A DNA stretch of 64,000 bases from positions 16,684,450 to 16,748,449 of the forward strand of contig NC_057750.1 in NCBI RefSeq assembly GCF_004010195.1, given 5' to 3'. Shown one piece after another: positions 12,765-25,564 of this stretch. Each line of letters starts with the position of its first letter. Within the stretch, counting starts at the first letter, position 1. The notes beneath the pieces were generated by a model. That model was not told where the DNA came from. It did no database searches and saw only the letters and a program-made list of their open reading frames with translations. This stretch comes from Chiloscyllium plagiosum (Eukaryota). The position numbers and the translations under genes are program-made.

Positions 12765-13260
12765 TGGTGATATATTGATATTGTCACTGGACTAGCATTC
12801 CAGCTAATACAGTCAGTTCTGCTATAACACGGCAGCTCCGTTCTCGTGCAATCCTCTGTTATAAGAAAATCGCTTAATAACAGCACCATTTAAACTAATG
12901 GAGCTGGAATCGCATTATAACCAATACACGATTTAAAAGTTTGCACTTTAAAAACAGTTTCGTCAATCGTGCTATTGAGAATTTGCATTAACAAAATGCC
13001 ACATTATAGCAGAACAACCTGTATCCTGGCAACATGGGTTCAAATCCCATCATGACAGCTGATGGAATTTGAATTCAGTCATTACATTTGGAAAATAAAG
13101 CCAATCTCCGTGATGGTGACCATGACAACTGCAACCGATTGTTGGAAAAACTCATCTGGTTCACAAATGTCCTTAGGCGAAGGAGATCTGCCCTCGTTAC
13201 CTGTTTGGGCCTACATGTGAGTGTAGCCCACAGCAATGTCATTGACTCTAAAAAGACTGA
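12765..13260 (+). mobile_element. tRNA-derived SINE (second family) interrupted by a MITE
   Basis: gtcactggactag...gggttcaaatccca...ggaatttgaattca...catctggttcac...ggcctacatgtga. Related copies at 16130-16430 and 54590-54745/56115-56300. Confidence 0.65.
12810..13021. mobile_element. Tc1/mariner-pogo (Tigger-like) MITE
   Basis: TA-cagtcagttctgctataa ... ttatagcagaacaacctg-TA: imperfect TIRs starting CAG, with a TA duplication. Confidence 0.75.
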
Positions 13261-13899
13261 AGAAACCAACTGGTTCATCGTACCATGGTAACCCTGCAGT
13301 TCTGATAAACCCTTATAAGTCATTTATCCATCCTCCTCCTGTCCCTTTCTACCTCTTTAGTAATGTGATAGTCATAACTGTGGGCAAACCTCCCAGAATG
13401 ACCCAACTATTGCGGCATCTTCTGATTGAGGCAACAAACCAAAGCATTGCCTGCTCTCTCGGGAAGATGTAAAAATTCCAAGGCATTACTTCTAAGAAGA
13501 ACGGGGCATTCCCCTAATGTCTTGGCAGATCTATCTCTCCTAATGAAGTACTTTTGAAGATTAGTCCCTGTTGTAATTTAGGAAACACACCAGCTATTTG
13601 CGTATAGCAAGCATCCGCAATCAACCTGATAAAATGTTTCGCTGCAATAAGAGACATGTTGTCGAAGGTATCTGTCTCACAGAAGAATGCGAATCTCAAG
13701 AGAACAACAATTAACACTGCTTGAGGAAAGGGTGCTGATTGATAGGCAAGGGGATTCTGATTGTTTGTTAATACGTTATGTCCAATTGCAGAATATACAT
13801 CTAAATTGAACATTACGCTCTGAGTCTTGCAAGCATGGGCTGATTTGAATATAATCAGTGTACTACTGCCTGCTGCAAACAGTCAAAGGTTTCTGCTGT

Positions 13900-14385
13900 T
13901 TAGTATATAGCCTTAATTTATCTATGACAATGTGAATTGGCTAACTGGTTCAGCGACTTGCTACGAACAGTTCTGAGCAAGTTGTGCATATGTACAATGA
14001 ATGACCTCAGCATTTCTGTACATGACTTCCATGTCAATAGCAATGTTGTGCCTATGTGCTCATTCAAGATTTTTAGCCTGAACACTAATGTACTGCTGAA
14101 GGAAACTCTAGATCTCTGCACTGCTGCACGCTATCTTTGTGATCTAAACCTGCCACCAATGTGTATGTTAATACTCATTCAACTTATGAACTCAGCAACT
14201 CACATGGAGTTTAGTTTTAATATCACCTAGTGTGCCCAACCAGATAGTGTTGCTCTAGGAACCCCGGTAGGACCAACTTTCGCAGATATTTTTGTCATTT
14301 TCCATGAGAAACACATTTTCTCCTACCCATCGTATATTTCTGATATGCATATAATTCTTTGCTGTATTTGCATATTCAGTTGCAC
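13900..14385 (+). mobile_element. Degenerate Penelope-type RT fragment
   Basis: MCSFKIFSLNTNVLLKETLDLC resembles 'SFDxxSLFTNVP..ET'. gatagtgttgctctaggaaccccggtaggaccaactttcgcagatattttt reads DSVALGTPVGPTFADIF, resembling 'DGxAMGSPLGPxxANIF'. Confidence 0.65.
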
Positions 14386-14386
14386 A

Positions 14387-15095
14387 TGAGACCTTGGAGT
14401 GCAGGTTCACAGCTCCTTGAAAGTGGAGTCGCAGGTAGATAGGATAGTGAAGAAGTCATTTGGTATGAGATCCTTTATTGGTCAGAGTATTGAGTACAGG
14501 AGTTGGGGGGGTCATGTTGCGGCTGTACAGGACATTGGCTAGGCCACTGTTGGAATATTGCGTGCAATTCTGGTCTCCTTCCTATCAGAAAGATGTTGTG
14601 AAACTTGAAAGGGTTCAGAAAAGATTTACAAGGATGTTGCCAGGGTTGGAGGATTTGAGCTACAGAGAGAGGCTGAACAGGCTGGGGCTGTTTTCCCTGG
14701 AGCGTCAGAGGCTGACGGGTGATCTTATAGAGGTTTACAAAATTATGAGGGACATGGATAAGATAAATAGGCAAAGTCTTTTCCCTGGGGTCAGGGAGTC
14801 CAGAACTAGAGGGCATAGGTTTAGGGTGAGAGGGGAAAGATATAAAAGAGACCTAAGGGGCAACCTTTTCACGCAGAGGGTGGTACGTGTATGGAATGAG
14901 CTGCCAGAGGAAGTGGTGGAGGTTGGTACAATTGCAACATTTAAGAGGCATTTGGATGGGTATATGAATAGGAAGGGTTTGGAGGGATATGGGCCGGGTG
15001 CTGGCAGGTGGGACTAGATTGGGTTGGGATAACTGGTCGGCATGGACGGGTTGGACCGAAGGGTCTGTTTCCATGCTGTACATCTCTATTACTCT
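14387..15095 (+). mobile_element. Young CR1/HER1 LINE 3' end
   Basis: ORF 14478-15017 reads LYRTLARPLLEYCVQFWSP...LERVQKRFTRMLPGL...TRGHRFRV...WNELPEEVV. The 3' UTR is gaagggtctgtttccatgctgtacatctctattactcta. Confidence 0.95.
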
Positions 15096-15317
15096 AAGTC
15101 GTTAACACATTTGTATTTAATTGTGGTCCCAGCATTGATCCCTTTGGCACTCCACCGGTTACAGGTTGCTATCCTGAAAATAGTTCCTTTAACTCAATTC
15201 TCTGTCTTCCAATAGTAGGCCAAACCTCTATCCATGCTCCTATACTACTCCCAACACCATGGGCTTTTGTCTCATTAAATTGGGGAGACAATGGCCTCGT
15301 GATATTATTGCTAGACT

Positions 15318-16055
15318 CTTAATCTAACGGTAGCGAGTTTTGAGAAGATTGTAGCTTAGGTTGAGGTTCTGGATGTAGGTTTGCTCGCTGATTTGGAAGT
15401 ATCATTTTCAGACGGTTCATCACCATACTAGCTCCGGATTGAAGCACAGGTGGTGCGGCCAACTTTCTATTAATGTGTTTAGGTTTCCTTGGGTTGGTAA
15501 TGTCATTTCCTGTGGTGATGTCATTCCGTGTTCTTTTTCTTAGGGGATGGGAAATGGGATCCAAGCCAATGTGTTTGTTGGCAGAGTTCTGGTTGGAATA
15601 CCATGCTTCTAGGAATTCACGTGCGTGTCTCTGTTTGGCTTGTCCTAGGATGGATGTGTGTCCCAGTCAAAGTGTCGTCCTTCCTTATCTGTATGTAAGG
15701 ATACTAGTGAGAGAGGGTCATGTCTTTTTGTGGCTAGTTGATGTTCATGTATCCTGGTGGCTAGTTTTCTGCCTGTTTGTCCAATGCAGTGTTTGTTACA
15801 GTTCCTGCAAGGTATTTTGTAATTGACATTAGTTTGGCTTGTTGTCTGGATAAGGTCTTTCAAGTTCATTAGCTGCTGTTTTAGTGTGTTGGTGGGTTTG
15901 TGGGCTACCATGATGCCAAGAGGCCTGAGTAGATTGGCAGTCATTTCCGAGATGTCTTTGATGTAGGGGAGAGTGGCTCTGAGTTTCTGGATGTGTTTGT
16001 CTGCTTGTTGGGGTTTATTGCTGAGAAATCGGCAGACTGTGTTCATTGGGTACAG
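15318..16055 (-). mobile_element. Penelope/Poseidon-type PLE 3' end (GIY-YIG domain and 3' repeat)
   Basis: ORF 15645-16046 reads ATLPYIKDISE...NVNYKIPCRNCNKHCIGQTGRKLATRIHEHQ...HFDWD. The 3' repeat is homologous to 23690-24030 but its HHR is partly deleted. Confidence 0.9.
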
Positions 16056-16129
16056 ATGAACTGTGTTCTTTTTGAATACACTCTATAGATGATTTTCCTC
16101 TGCTCTGTGTAGTTCCTCTGTGCTGCAGT

Positions 16130-16430
16130 GTGTAGTGGCTTGTTGAAATAATGTTCTTAATCTAATATTCTGGGGACCCAGCTTCAAATCCTGGTGGAAT
16201 TTGCATTCTATAAAAATCTGGAATTAAAAATCTGATGAAGACCATGAAACCATTGTTGGGGAAAACCCCATCTGGTTTTGTAATGCCTTTTAGGAAGTGA
16301 AACTAGTGCCTTTGCCTGATCTGGCCCGTGTATGACTCCCACAGCCATGTGGTTGATGCTAACTGACCCTTGGAAAGTAGGGATAGATAATAAATGCCGG
16401 CCCAGTCAGCGACTCCCACATTCTGTGAAC
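16130..16430 (+). mobile_element. tRNA-derived SINE (same family as 12765-13260)
   Basis: cttcaaatcctggtggaattt...aaaatctggaattaaaa...gaccatgaaaccattg...ccatctgg...gactcccacagccatgtggttga. Confidence 0.6.
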
Positions 16431-16699
16431 AAATCATTTATAAACTAGTCTTCTGTATGGCATATAATTGAATCTACTGGTTCACCCTTATCTATCCTGC
16501 TTGTTACCGCCTCAAGAATTCTAGTAAATTTGTCAGACATGATTTCCTCTTCATGAACTCATGCTGACCTGCTTATTCATATTATTTATTTCTAAATGTT
16601 GCATTATCACATACTTAATAATAGACTATATTTTCCCAATGATAGACTTAATACAAAAGATAGGTATTGAGTTATCCCAGAGCAGTGTTTTTGAGCAGT

Positions 16700-17075
16700 A
16701 AGACTGTGCTAATGCAGAGTTTTTGAGAAAAATGTGTTTTATTAGTTTTTTGGTGTTTTATGGGTCTGAAGAATGTTAACGGGGCAGTGATGGCCTTTAA
16801 TAGAGAGATGCACTCTTCCTGCCAGATGTGGGACATCAAGAAACATTTCAATATTCCTGATGATTATTGTCTGCAGGAAGTGTGTTTGGTTGTGAATCGT
16901 TTCTGATCACCTGGATCAATTGGAGCAGCAGTTAGACGCAGTGAGGAATTTACAAGAGAAAGGGGCTGTGATTAATGGCAGTTTCAGGAGGGTAGAAAAA
17001 CCGCAGATACAGTCAGGTAGATGTATTACCCTATCTACCTGATAGGCAGGGTAAGAGAGGTAGGCAGGTAGTGCA
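16700..17075 (+). mobile_element. CR1 ORF1 N-terminal zinc-finger fragment
   Basis: tgcactcttcctgccagatgtggg (C..SCQMW) and cctgatgattattgtctgcaggaagtgt (PDDY.CRKC, frameshifted), followed by coiled-coil LDQLEQQLDAVRN. Confidence 0.55.
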
Positions 17076-17079
17076 GAAT

Positions 17080-20000
17080 CCATTGATCCCAGCCTGATCT
17101 TGGTGTTCCTACTAAGGGGTGAATGGGGAGGTCTTATGTGCATTATCCTCACTTTGTCACATCATTCTCCACACTTTTGACCGTGTTTATAACAATCAGA
17201 CTTTTACAGTGCTCAGCAATGATTTTCATCCTGTCCTTAAGTAACAAATTCAGGAGGGGACATTTTGCCTGGGAGGCCTCAGTGTCGAACCATATCAACC
17301 TCGGATCCTTACACACCCAATTGCTCATGAAAGACAATAAGGAACTTATTTGGTATTGTTTAAAGTCTGGGAGGTCTACCTTTCCCAATCCCTGTGGAAG
17401 ATGCAGCTTAACAAATTTAATAAGAGGATGCCTGCAGTGGCAAATTAAAGATTCGAGCCAGCTTTTAAGCCTCCACAGCGTTTGTCTAGGCAGCAACAAC
17501 GGAACCATTCTCATGGGGTATAGTAGACAAGGAAGAACATTCATTTTAATCAGAGCTATTCGACCTAGCTGCAATATTGGTAACCCCTCCCAACACTGAA
17601 GGTCTTGTTTTATCTTCTCAAACAATTGCACAAAGTTAGCTCTGTACAGTTGGTGAAAAGTGGGGGTGATGAAAATGCTTAAATGCAGGAAGCCTTTCTG
17701 TGACCACCTCAAAGGAAACCAAGTTCCATCTCCCAGGTCAGGTACTCCGACAAGGCCCCCCCAAGGGCATGGCCTCCGATTTCATAAAACTAACTTTATA
17801 CCCTGAAAAAAAAACCCAAATAAATTAGTAGTTTGTATTAGACGGGGCACAGACATTGTGGGGCTAGCCAGAAAAATCAGAACATTGTCTACATAGAGAG
17901 TGATTTGTGCTCTCTTTTTCCCACTTCTGGGGCAGCTATTTTAGAGTCCTGGATAGTCTCTGCCAGCGTTTCGATCACTAAAGTGAATAGCAGCAGTGAA
18001 AGAGGGCAGGCACCCTTGTCGGCTGCCACTCCAAATACTATAGTTATCTGATTCTATGCTATTCGTGAGGACCGCTGCCATGGGATCACTATACAGCATT
18101 GCCACCCACCTGGCGAAGGCCCCCCCCAAGACCAAAACATGCCAGGGCATTAAAAAGATATGGCTACTCCACCCGGTCAAATGCTTTTTCCACATCTAAG
18201 GAGACCACCGAGCACAGGATTGACCTCTGCTGACACACCTGTCCCAATATCAGCACTCTTCTGATGATGTTAGAGGAAGTGCGACCCTTAATGAAACCTG
18301 TCTGATCCGCCTTTATAATAGAGGGCAGTACCTTCTCCAGTCTCAACAGTAACGTTTTAGACAGGATTTTAAAGTCTACATTCAGCAGTGAGCTGGGTCT
18401 GTACAAGGCACAGTCCTCAGGATCTTTCCCTCTCTTAAGATTAAGAGAGATATTCGCCTCCCTGAGAGAGGGTGGGAGGCAGTCCTGACTGTATGAGTGG
18501 TTATACATGCCCAACATTGGCTCAACCAACATGTTTATGAACTCCTTATAGAACTCACTCGGGAATCCATTCGGGCCAGGTGCTTTGTCACTTTGGAGCT
18601 GCCTTACTGCCCCTTGTATCTCTTGTATCGTTAGAGGGGCATTCAAAAGGGAGGCCTGCTCTGCAGTTATACCTGGAAGATCCAGGTTCTCAAAAGCAGG
18701 ATTCTATCCTTGTCAACCCATCCTCACAGCCCTCTGACTGGTATAGCTCTCCATAGAATTTCTGAAAAGCTGTGTTGATCTTTTTAGAGTCACAAGTGGG
18801 AGGACCAGTACCCTCCCGAATGGACATGATAGATTGAGGAGCCATGTATCTACCTGGCTTATCACTGTGCTCAAATAGGCTTTGCTTTGCAAAGGAGGCT
18901 TCTCTCTTCACTGTGTGAGTGAGTACGGAGTTTAGAGCGACCGTAGCTCATTGTAACTTAGTCACAGAGGCTCTATCATAATATGCCGACTCAGCTGCCT
19001 TCAGCCTGCCCTCAAGTATACGCTGCTGCTCTCCCCTCTGTCTCTTCCTGGTTGCTGAGTACAAAATAATTCTATTCTTAAATACCCCTTGGTAGCCTCC
19101 CAGAGCACTGATGGATTTACTGGCCGCACCCGAGTTAATGTCCCAGAAATTCTTAAACTCCCTTGTAAAGTACTCAATAAACTTGCTATCTTTCAAAAGA
19201 AACGGACCCATGCACCAGTGCCGCGTATTTATTCCATTGCCCCTGATCTTGACCTCCAAATAGAATGCCGCATGGACCGAAATGGCTATATTCCCAATCC
19301 TACAGGATAGCACTGAATCCAGAAAAGTCGATGGAACTAAGGACATATTGATCTTTGTGTGGCATTTGTGCAGGTTGGAGTAGAATGTAAGAACTCTTCC
19401 CTTAGAGTGAAGACACCTCCACACATCTACCAACCCCAACTCCCCACTTCCGTCCACCAACTGTTTGGATTGCCAGGAGATGCCCGAGAGACCCCTTGGC
19501 ATCCTATCCACCTTGAGACCCATAAGACGGTTGAAGCCTCCCCTATAATCATGTGGTGCACACCAAGAGCCATCAGCCTGGAAAGTGCATCAATTAAAAA
19601 TTTGAGGGGGTAGGACAGGCAGGCCGTACTCCTCCCCATGTATCAGGGCTTTGAGGATAACAAACCGCCCATGTTTGTCCTTAATTTGGTCTATCAACTG
19701 GAATGGAAGATTCTTCTGCATTAGCATAGCCACTCCTCTACTTTTAGAGTTAAAAGACGAAAAGAACACCCTGCCAAACCCTCCCTGCTGTAATTTTAGA
19801 TGCTCCTTATCATTCAAGTCTGTTTCTTGCAGCAAAGCAATATCAACCCTCTCCTTTCTGAGATTCGAAAGCATTTTCTTTCTTTTGACAGGTGAGTGGC
19901 TCGCCTTTACTTTCCAGGTACTTTACTCGCCATCTCAACAAACAACTAGCCATAACAGTCTAAAGCAGTCCATGGACCCCTCCGAAAGGAAGACGTCTAC

Positions 20001-21466
20001 TCATAGTGCGTCGAATGGAGACAGAAAAGGATTCGGAAAATCTAGAAAATACCACGACAAACACTCCTAAAACAAAAATTCTAATCACTACTCTTAAGAT
20101 AAACAAATGACAAATAACTGGAGACCTTCCCCCTTGCCCACAGGGGGCACTCACCCTGTTCACGAGGACCTCCATGACTCCTTCCGGCTGGAGCCGCACC
20201 CCAAACCCAAGCAATGCAAAAATACATCATATACACTTGGAAATTAAAAGTGGACACCCAATCCATCCCACATGTCAACCCCGCTTGTTATCAATAAAAC
20301 ACCCCAAACCAAGAAAGAACAAAACAGGGATTAGCAAAAATCACAAGAAAGGGAAAGAAAAAAAAAATCTCCAGGCATATAAAATAAACAACCAAGAAAG
20401 CAAAGGATACCCTATTGTCCATAATATTTGACCCAACCAGCGTATTTTAAAGTGTCTCAGAAATCCTTTGCCTTCTCTGCTGAGTCAAAGTTATACACAG
20501 ACCCTCCATGGCTGAAGCACAGCACTGCCGGGTATCTTACAGAATATTGAATGTTCAAGTGTCCCAGCCTCTTCCTTACTTCATCATAAGATTTCCTCTT
20601 TCTGATTGCAGCCCCAGAAATGTCTTGCGAAAACATGATTTTCGACCCCGTGTAAATCAGGGCTTGTGAGTCTTTCCTCAGCGTTCTGGAGGCTTCCATA
20701 CCATTTGTTTCTCTTTGTTGCGCTGGAATTGCTCTAGGAGCGGGCGGGAGTGCTTGTCCAATCCGGGCCTGCGTACCACGATCTGGTGAGTCCACTCCAC
20801 TCGCACCAGCCCGACTCAACTCCCAGTCCCAGGAGCTGGGGGTGCCATTGCTCCAGGAAATTGAGCAGAGTGTTCACCTTCTTCTCAATTCTGGCAGCCG
20901 GTTATGCGAACGTTCTTTCTTCGACCTCGATTCTCGAGGTCATCGACCTGATCGATTAAGGCCCGCACCTGATTTGCCAGGGCCTGGACTTGCCCAGCCA
21001 AGGTCTCCGCTGCGGTCTCCAATGCCGCAGTTCGCTGCTCCACCTCCTCCATGCGCTGATCGAGACGTCAGATCTCCTGCTCATGCTTTTGTAGCATGGC
21101 AGAGATTGGTTCTAGTCCAGTGGGAGACTCCACCAGTGCCGACTCGATCTTCTCTCGGAGTGTGACAAACTCCGAGACCATGTTCTGCTGCTCCAGTAAG
21201 TTCAGAGGCATTTCCACAGGGGTCGGTGCTGTGCTTGTGGGTGTGTCCGTTGCTGCAAGGGAGTGCACTGCGTGTTGCAATCCATGTGGGCTCTTTCTTT
21301 TTGTCACCTTTTACTTCTTCCCTGAGCGTTAAAATTAGTATTTAGAGATTCTGGGGACTCTACATTACTGATTTGTTCAAAAATGAATAGTAAGGGGAGG
21401 ATGAAAGCACCACTTTGCTGGGATATGGTGCAAGGCAGACCTGTTAGATCGCCGCCATCTTGAATC
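17080..21466 (-). mobile_element. L1/Tx1-clade LINE; 5' end present, 3' end missing, frameshifted ORF1 and ORF2
   Basis: ORF1 pieces 21068-21307 and 20457-20819 (IMFSQDIS..IRKRKSYDEVRKRL...YSVRYPAVL). APE endonuclease (DIALLQET, SRGVAML, GRFVIL, LVDVWR). RT (KAPGPNGFPSEFYK, YRPSSLLNVDFKILSK, DQTGFIKGR, SLDVEKAFDRVE, GSRQGC). Post-RT GRIALIKMNVLP. Confidence 0.92.
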
Positions 21467-21469
21467 CCC

Positions 21470-22105
21470 ATTTTATTCATTTTTAAATGATTATGGAAAA
21501 GCATAGGCCTGATCTAAAAGTTAAAGTGCTAAATTGGAGTAAGGCCAATTTTGACGGTTTTAGGCAGGAACTTTCAAAAGTTGGTTGGGAATGAAAGTTT
21601 GCAAGTAAAGGGACAGTTGGAAAATGGGAAGCCTTCAAAAATGAGATAACAAGAATTCAGAGACAGTATGTTCCTGGCAGTGTGAAGGCAAGTCTAGTAG
21701 GTGTAGGGGATGCTGGATGATGAAAGAAATTGAGGATTTGGTCAAGAAAAAGGAGGCATATGTCAGGGATAGACAGGTTGGATCAAGTGAATCCTTGAAA
21801 GAGTATAAAGGCAGTAGGAGTACACCTAAGAGGGAAATCAAGAGGGCAAAATGAGGACATGAAATAGCTTCGGCAAAAAGGGTTAAGAAGATTCCAAAGA
21901 GATTCTACAAATGCATTAAGAGCAATAGAGTAACTAGAGAGAAAATAGGGCCCCTTGATGTTCAACAAGGTGGATCAGGTGTGGAACCACAAGAGACGGG
22001 TGAGATACTAACCAAATATTTTATGTCAGTATTTATCGTGAGAAAGGACCTTGAAGCTAGGGAACTTAAGGAAATAGATAGTGATGTCTTGATATTACAG
22101 AAGAG
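21470..22105 (+). mobile_element. CR1 ORF2 linker-region fragment
   Basis: gtgctaaattggagtaaggccaattttgac (VLNWSKANFD), and later gagatactaaccaaatattttatgtcagtattt (EIL..YF.SVF). Confidence 0.75.
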
Positions 22106-22474
22106 GAGGGAATCTTTTATCCTGTGATCATTTATTAAACTTGCCTCATTACATATTGACAGATCCAAAACCAAATCCCTGGTTGAATCCACAACATTTT
22201 GTACTCAGAAACTGTCCCATATTCACTCTATAAACTCTTCCTTATGGTTACCTCTGCCAAACTGATTTTCCCAATCGACATAAAGATGCAGGTCACCCAT
22301 GATTTGTGTACAGTCCTTTTTACATGCCCTCATTATTCCTGATTTATTCTCTGTCCGATAGAATAGTTGCCGTCAGGAGCCCTAGAGACTGCTCCCACCA
22401 GCGTCTTCTTCCTCTTGTTATTTCTGACCTATACCCATACATCCTCAGCTACTAGATTGTTTCTTGTTTTTGTA

Positions 22475-22745
22475 CTTTATTCCATCCCAAAGTGAAGGAG
22501 GAGCATCCAGAAGGCATCGAGCACCTCAAGACCTGTCGTCGGGAAAAAGCAGAAGCCGGGAGAAAACGGTGAAAGGAGCGCGCTGTGACAACAACACCCC
22601 ACCCACCCCTTTCCTGCGACCACCTTCTCCCCCAAGTGTAACAGAGCCCGTGGTAGTTGCATCGGTCTGTACCCACCTGTGGACCCACTCTGAGAGTGGA
22701 AGACAATTATCCTTGTCTACGAGGGACTGCCAGTGGAAATGCACT
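22475..22745 (+). mobile_element. RTE-clade LINE 3' end
   Basis: Degenerate WRRSIQ...RRKR.KERA...PKCNRA.GS.IGLY.HL.TH zinc-knuckle-like C-terminus, and tail attatccttgtctacgagggactgcc. Confidence 0.6.
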
Positions 22746-22899
22746 TGATTCCATCTTGGATGCCTGTCAATTCAAAAAATTGCATATTTAATTCCCAGCT
22801 TTGATCTCCCTGGAACCATGTATCCATGCTGGCAATCAGATTTCACCCATTAACCTCTGTTTGTGCCTCAAATATTTGAGTAACGTGTAAAGTTTGCTG

Positions 22900-23530
22900 T
22901 TCCTCTAGGGACTGAGCAGGGGAATTTATGTAGACAATAAGAAATTGGCAGATTAAACAAATAACAGTTTTACTTCTGTCTTCACTATAGCAGTTATTTA
23001 AAAAACACTTTCCAGTAATAGTAGTAACTCAGGAGGTGAAAGGGAGAGAGGAACTCGGCAAGATTACAGTCACAAGGGAAATGATACTCAGCAAACTGAA
23101 GGAGCTGTGGGTTGCTCCATCTTTGACTCCAGATAGATTTCATCCTAAAGTTTGAAAAGAATTTGCTAAGACCTATTGGTATTAATTTTCCCAAATTCCC
23201 TAGATTCAAGAAATTTCTATCAGGCTTGAAAGTAGCAGATATAATGCTTATATTTGAGAAGGGATGGAACCAGCTTGCTTGATGTTTGTCATGGGGAAAG
23301 TGCTAGAATTGATCAATTCGTAAAGTTATAGCTGGGCACATGAAAAACCCAAGGTAATCATCGAGAGTCAACATGGCTCTGTCAAAGGGAAACCACATTT
23401 AACCAAATTATCAGAGTTCTTTGAAGGGTGTAGATAAAGGGAAGGCTGTGGACTTACTGAAAGGATTTGATAAGGTGCCACAGCAAAGACTATTACAGAA
23501 AATAAAAGCTAGGGAATAATATGTTAACAA
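22900..23530 (+). mobile_element. Old CR1 RT fragment
   Basis: agtcaacatggctctgtcaaagggaaa (SQHG..KGK) and aaggatttgataaggtgccacagc (FDKVP). Confidence 0.7.
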
Positions 23531-23684
23531 TGACAGAAACCAAAATGAGGTACTTCTGAAGATGGGCTCACTGTTGGAAAGCAGGAAAGGTAGGCAGACA
23601 ATTGATGCACAGCTGCCAATGGCAATAATGTAATGACAAGACAATCTCTTGTTGTGATATTGGGGATGTCAGTGTTGGCCAGTT

Positions 23685-24028
23685 GATTGGGACAACACTA
23701 CTATCATAGGGCAAGCCAGACAGAGAACAGCCAGGGAATTCCTAGAGGCATGGCATTCATCCACAAACTCCATCAACAAACACATCGACCTGGACCCAAT
23801 ATACCAACCACTACAGCGGACAGCTGAAACTGACAACCGGAAGCGGCAGGGACAGACCACTATAAACACCGGAGGAAACATCAAAGAAGCGCTTCGCAGG
23901 AGGCTCCCAAGCACTGATGATGTCGCCTAGCCAGGGGACGAAACGTTTGCAACAAAAACTTCCAGCTCGGCGAACAGAACCACAGCAACGAGCACCCGAG
24001 CTACAAATCTTCGCACAAACTTTGAACT
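23685..24028 (+). mobile_element. Young Penelope/Poseidon-type PLE 3' end (family D)
   Basis: Reads DWDNTTIIGQARQRTAREFLEAWHSSTNSINKHIDLDPIYQPL (end of the GIY-YIG domain), then a CpG-retaining 3' repeat. Confidence 0.85.
23911..23950 (+). ncRNA. Minimal type I hammerhead ribozyme (family D)
   Basis: gca-CTGATGA-t-gtcgcct-agcc-aggggac-GAAA-CGTT-tgc. Stem I is GCA/TGC, stem II has 6 of 7 pairs, ACGT is palindromic, and the triplet is GUU. Confidence 0.8.
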
Positions 24029-24836
24029 CTCCCTGCTCTGCTTTTGATTTTTTGTGTAACCTGCACCTGAAACGGCCTCAATTTAACTTCTAATCCTACA
24101 GCCGACACCTCTGACAGTGTGGCACTCCTGCAGTGCTCCGCTGCCGCGTCAGTCTGGATCTCTGTGCTTTGCTGTGGAATGGGATTGTGAATGCATACGG
24201 CTCTCTGGCTCAGAGAGAAAAGTGTTTGTACCAACAGGGACACCGCTGACATTGGAACTACAAAAGAAGCATGAAAATCTCAGCAGCAGCTCTGTGAGGT
24301 TAACATTCATGTCATGATGATCTATCACCAGAAATAGGTAACAACAGTTAAGGTAGCCCATGTACAAAAGTACCTTATGAGTTAAAGATCAGTTTGATTT
24401 GGACAAATTTTCTTTTCAGGAGCAAGATGATTTGGTAATAGAGCTACTATAAACTATGACTGCCTTGAGGGCAAAATAGTACATAAGTGTTTATATCGAG
24501 TGGTTCACAGCATTCTGGAAGACAAGTTTGGACTTGCTTATTTGCACCGAAAACTCTATATTCATACATGGAAACAACTCCAGTTCAAAGGTGAAACTTC
24601 TGGAGTTTGGTGAGGTCCCTGCTGAAACCACAAAGCAGCTCAGCGATGACTGAGCGCGTGCAAGGCAGCCTGGCTTTCAAAGCAGCCAATGGAATTCTTA
24701 ACACGACTCCTGACAACGTTGTGACATTGCGCAGGTGCAGACTCCCCCGCCCAAAACCAGTTCCACAATTCAGACCATTATGCTTCCTGGGCATCGGAGT
24801 GGTTTCCTCCCTTTGGCCGTGTTCTGACATTCATCA

Positions 24837-25336
24837 NNNNNNNNNNNNNNNNNNNNNNNNNNNNNNNNNNNNNNNNNNNNNNNNNNNNNNNNNNNNNNNN
24901 NNNNNNNNNNNNNNNNNNNNNNNNNNNNNNNNNNNNNNNNNNNNNNNNNNNNNNNNNNNNNNNNNNNNNNNNNNNNNNNNNNNNNNNNNNNNNNNNNNNN
25001 NNNNNNNNNNNNNNNNNNNNNNNNNNNNNNNNNNNNNNNNNNNNNNNNNNNNNNNNNNNNNNNNNNNNNNNNNNNNNNNNNNNNNNNNNNNNNNNNNNNN
25101 NNNNNNNNNNNNNNNNNNNNNNNNNNNNNNNNNNNNNNNNNNNNNNNNNNNNNNNNNNNNNNNNNNNNNNNNNNNNNNNNNNNNNNNNNNNNNNNNNNNN
25201 NNNNNNNNNNNNNNNNNNNNNNNNNNNNNNNNNNNNNNNNNNNNNNNNNNNNNNNNNNNNNNNNNNNNNNNNNNNNNNNNNNNNNNNNNNNNNNNNNNNN
25301 NNNNNNNNNNNNNNNNNNNNNNNNNNNNNNNNNNNN
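24837..25336. other. Assembly gap (500 N)
   Basis: Run of n characters. Confidence 1.
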
Positions 25337-25564
25337 ATGGAAGGCAGAAATTATTGGACCTAAGACAGACAGACTGATAGACTAACTTCCTGTGCATCTG
25401 GAATTTGAGGAGGTACCTATGATCATGAAGGCCAGATCAAAGAACAGGGCTCCTGTATACTTCTTCTCTTTCCCCTTTGCCTCCTCCTTCTGAAGTGGAG
25501 TCCAAAGCATGGCAGCCGCAGCCTCATTAACGTGATGTTGTGGAAGATGCAGCCCGAGGAAGCA

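Noticed and set aside
15400..15445. Expected hammerhead in the Poseidon-type 3' repeat
   Set aside because: The CUGANGA box is deleted and GAAA is mutated (gatgaaccgtc), so it is not counted as a ribozyme.
24607..25397. Long ORFs (256 aa and 187 aa) in the track
   Set aside because: Their length comes from translating the N gap. The same applies to the ORFs at 5767-6101.
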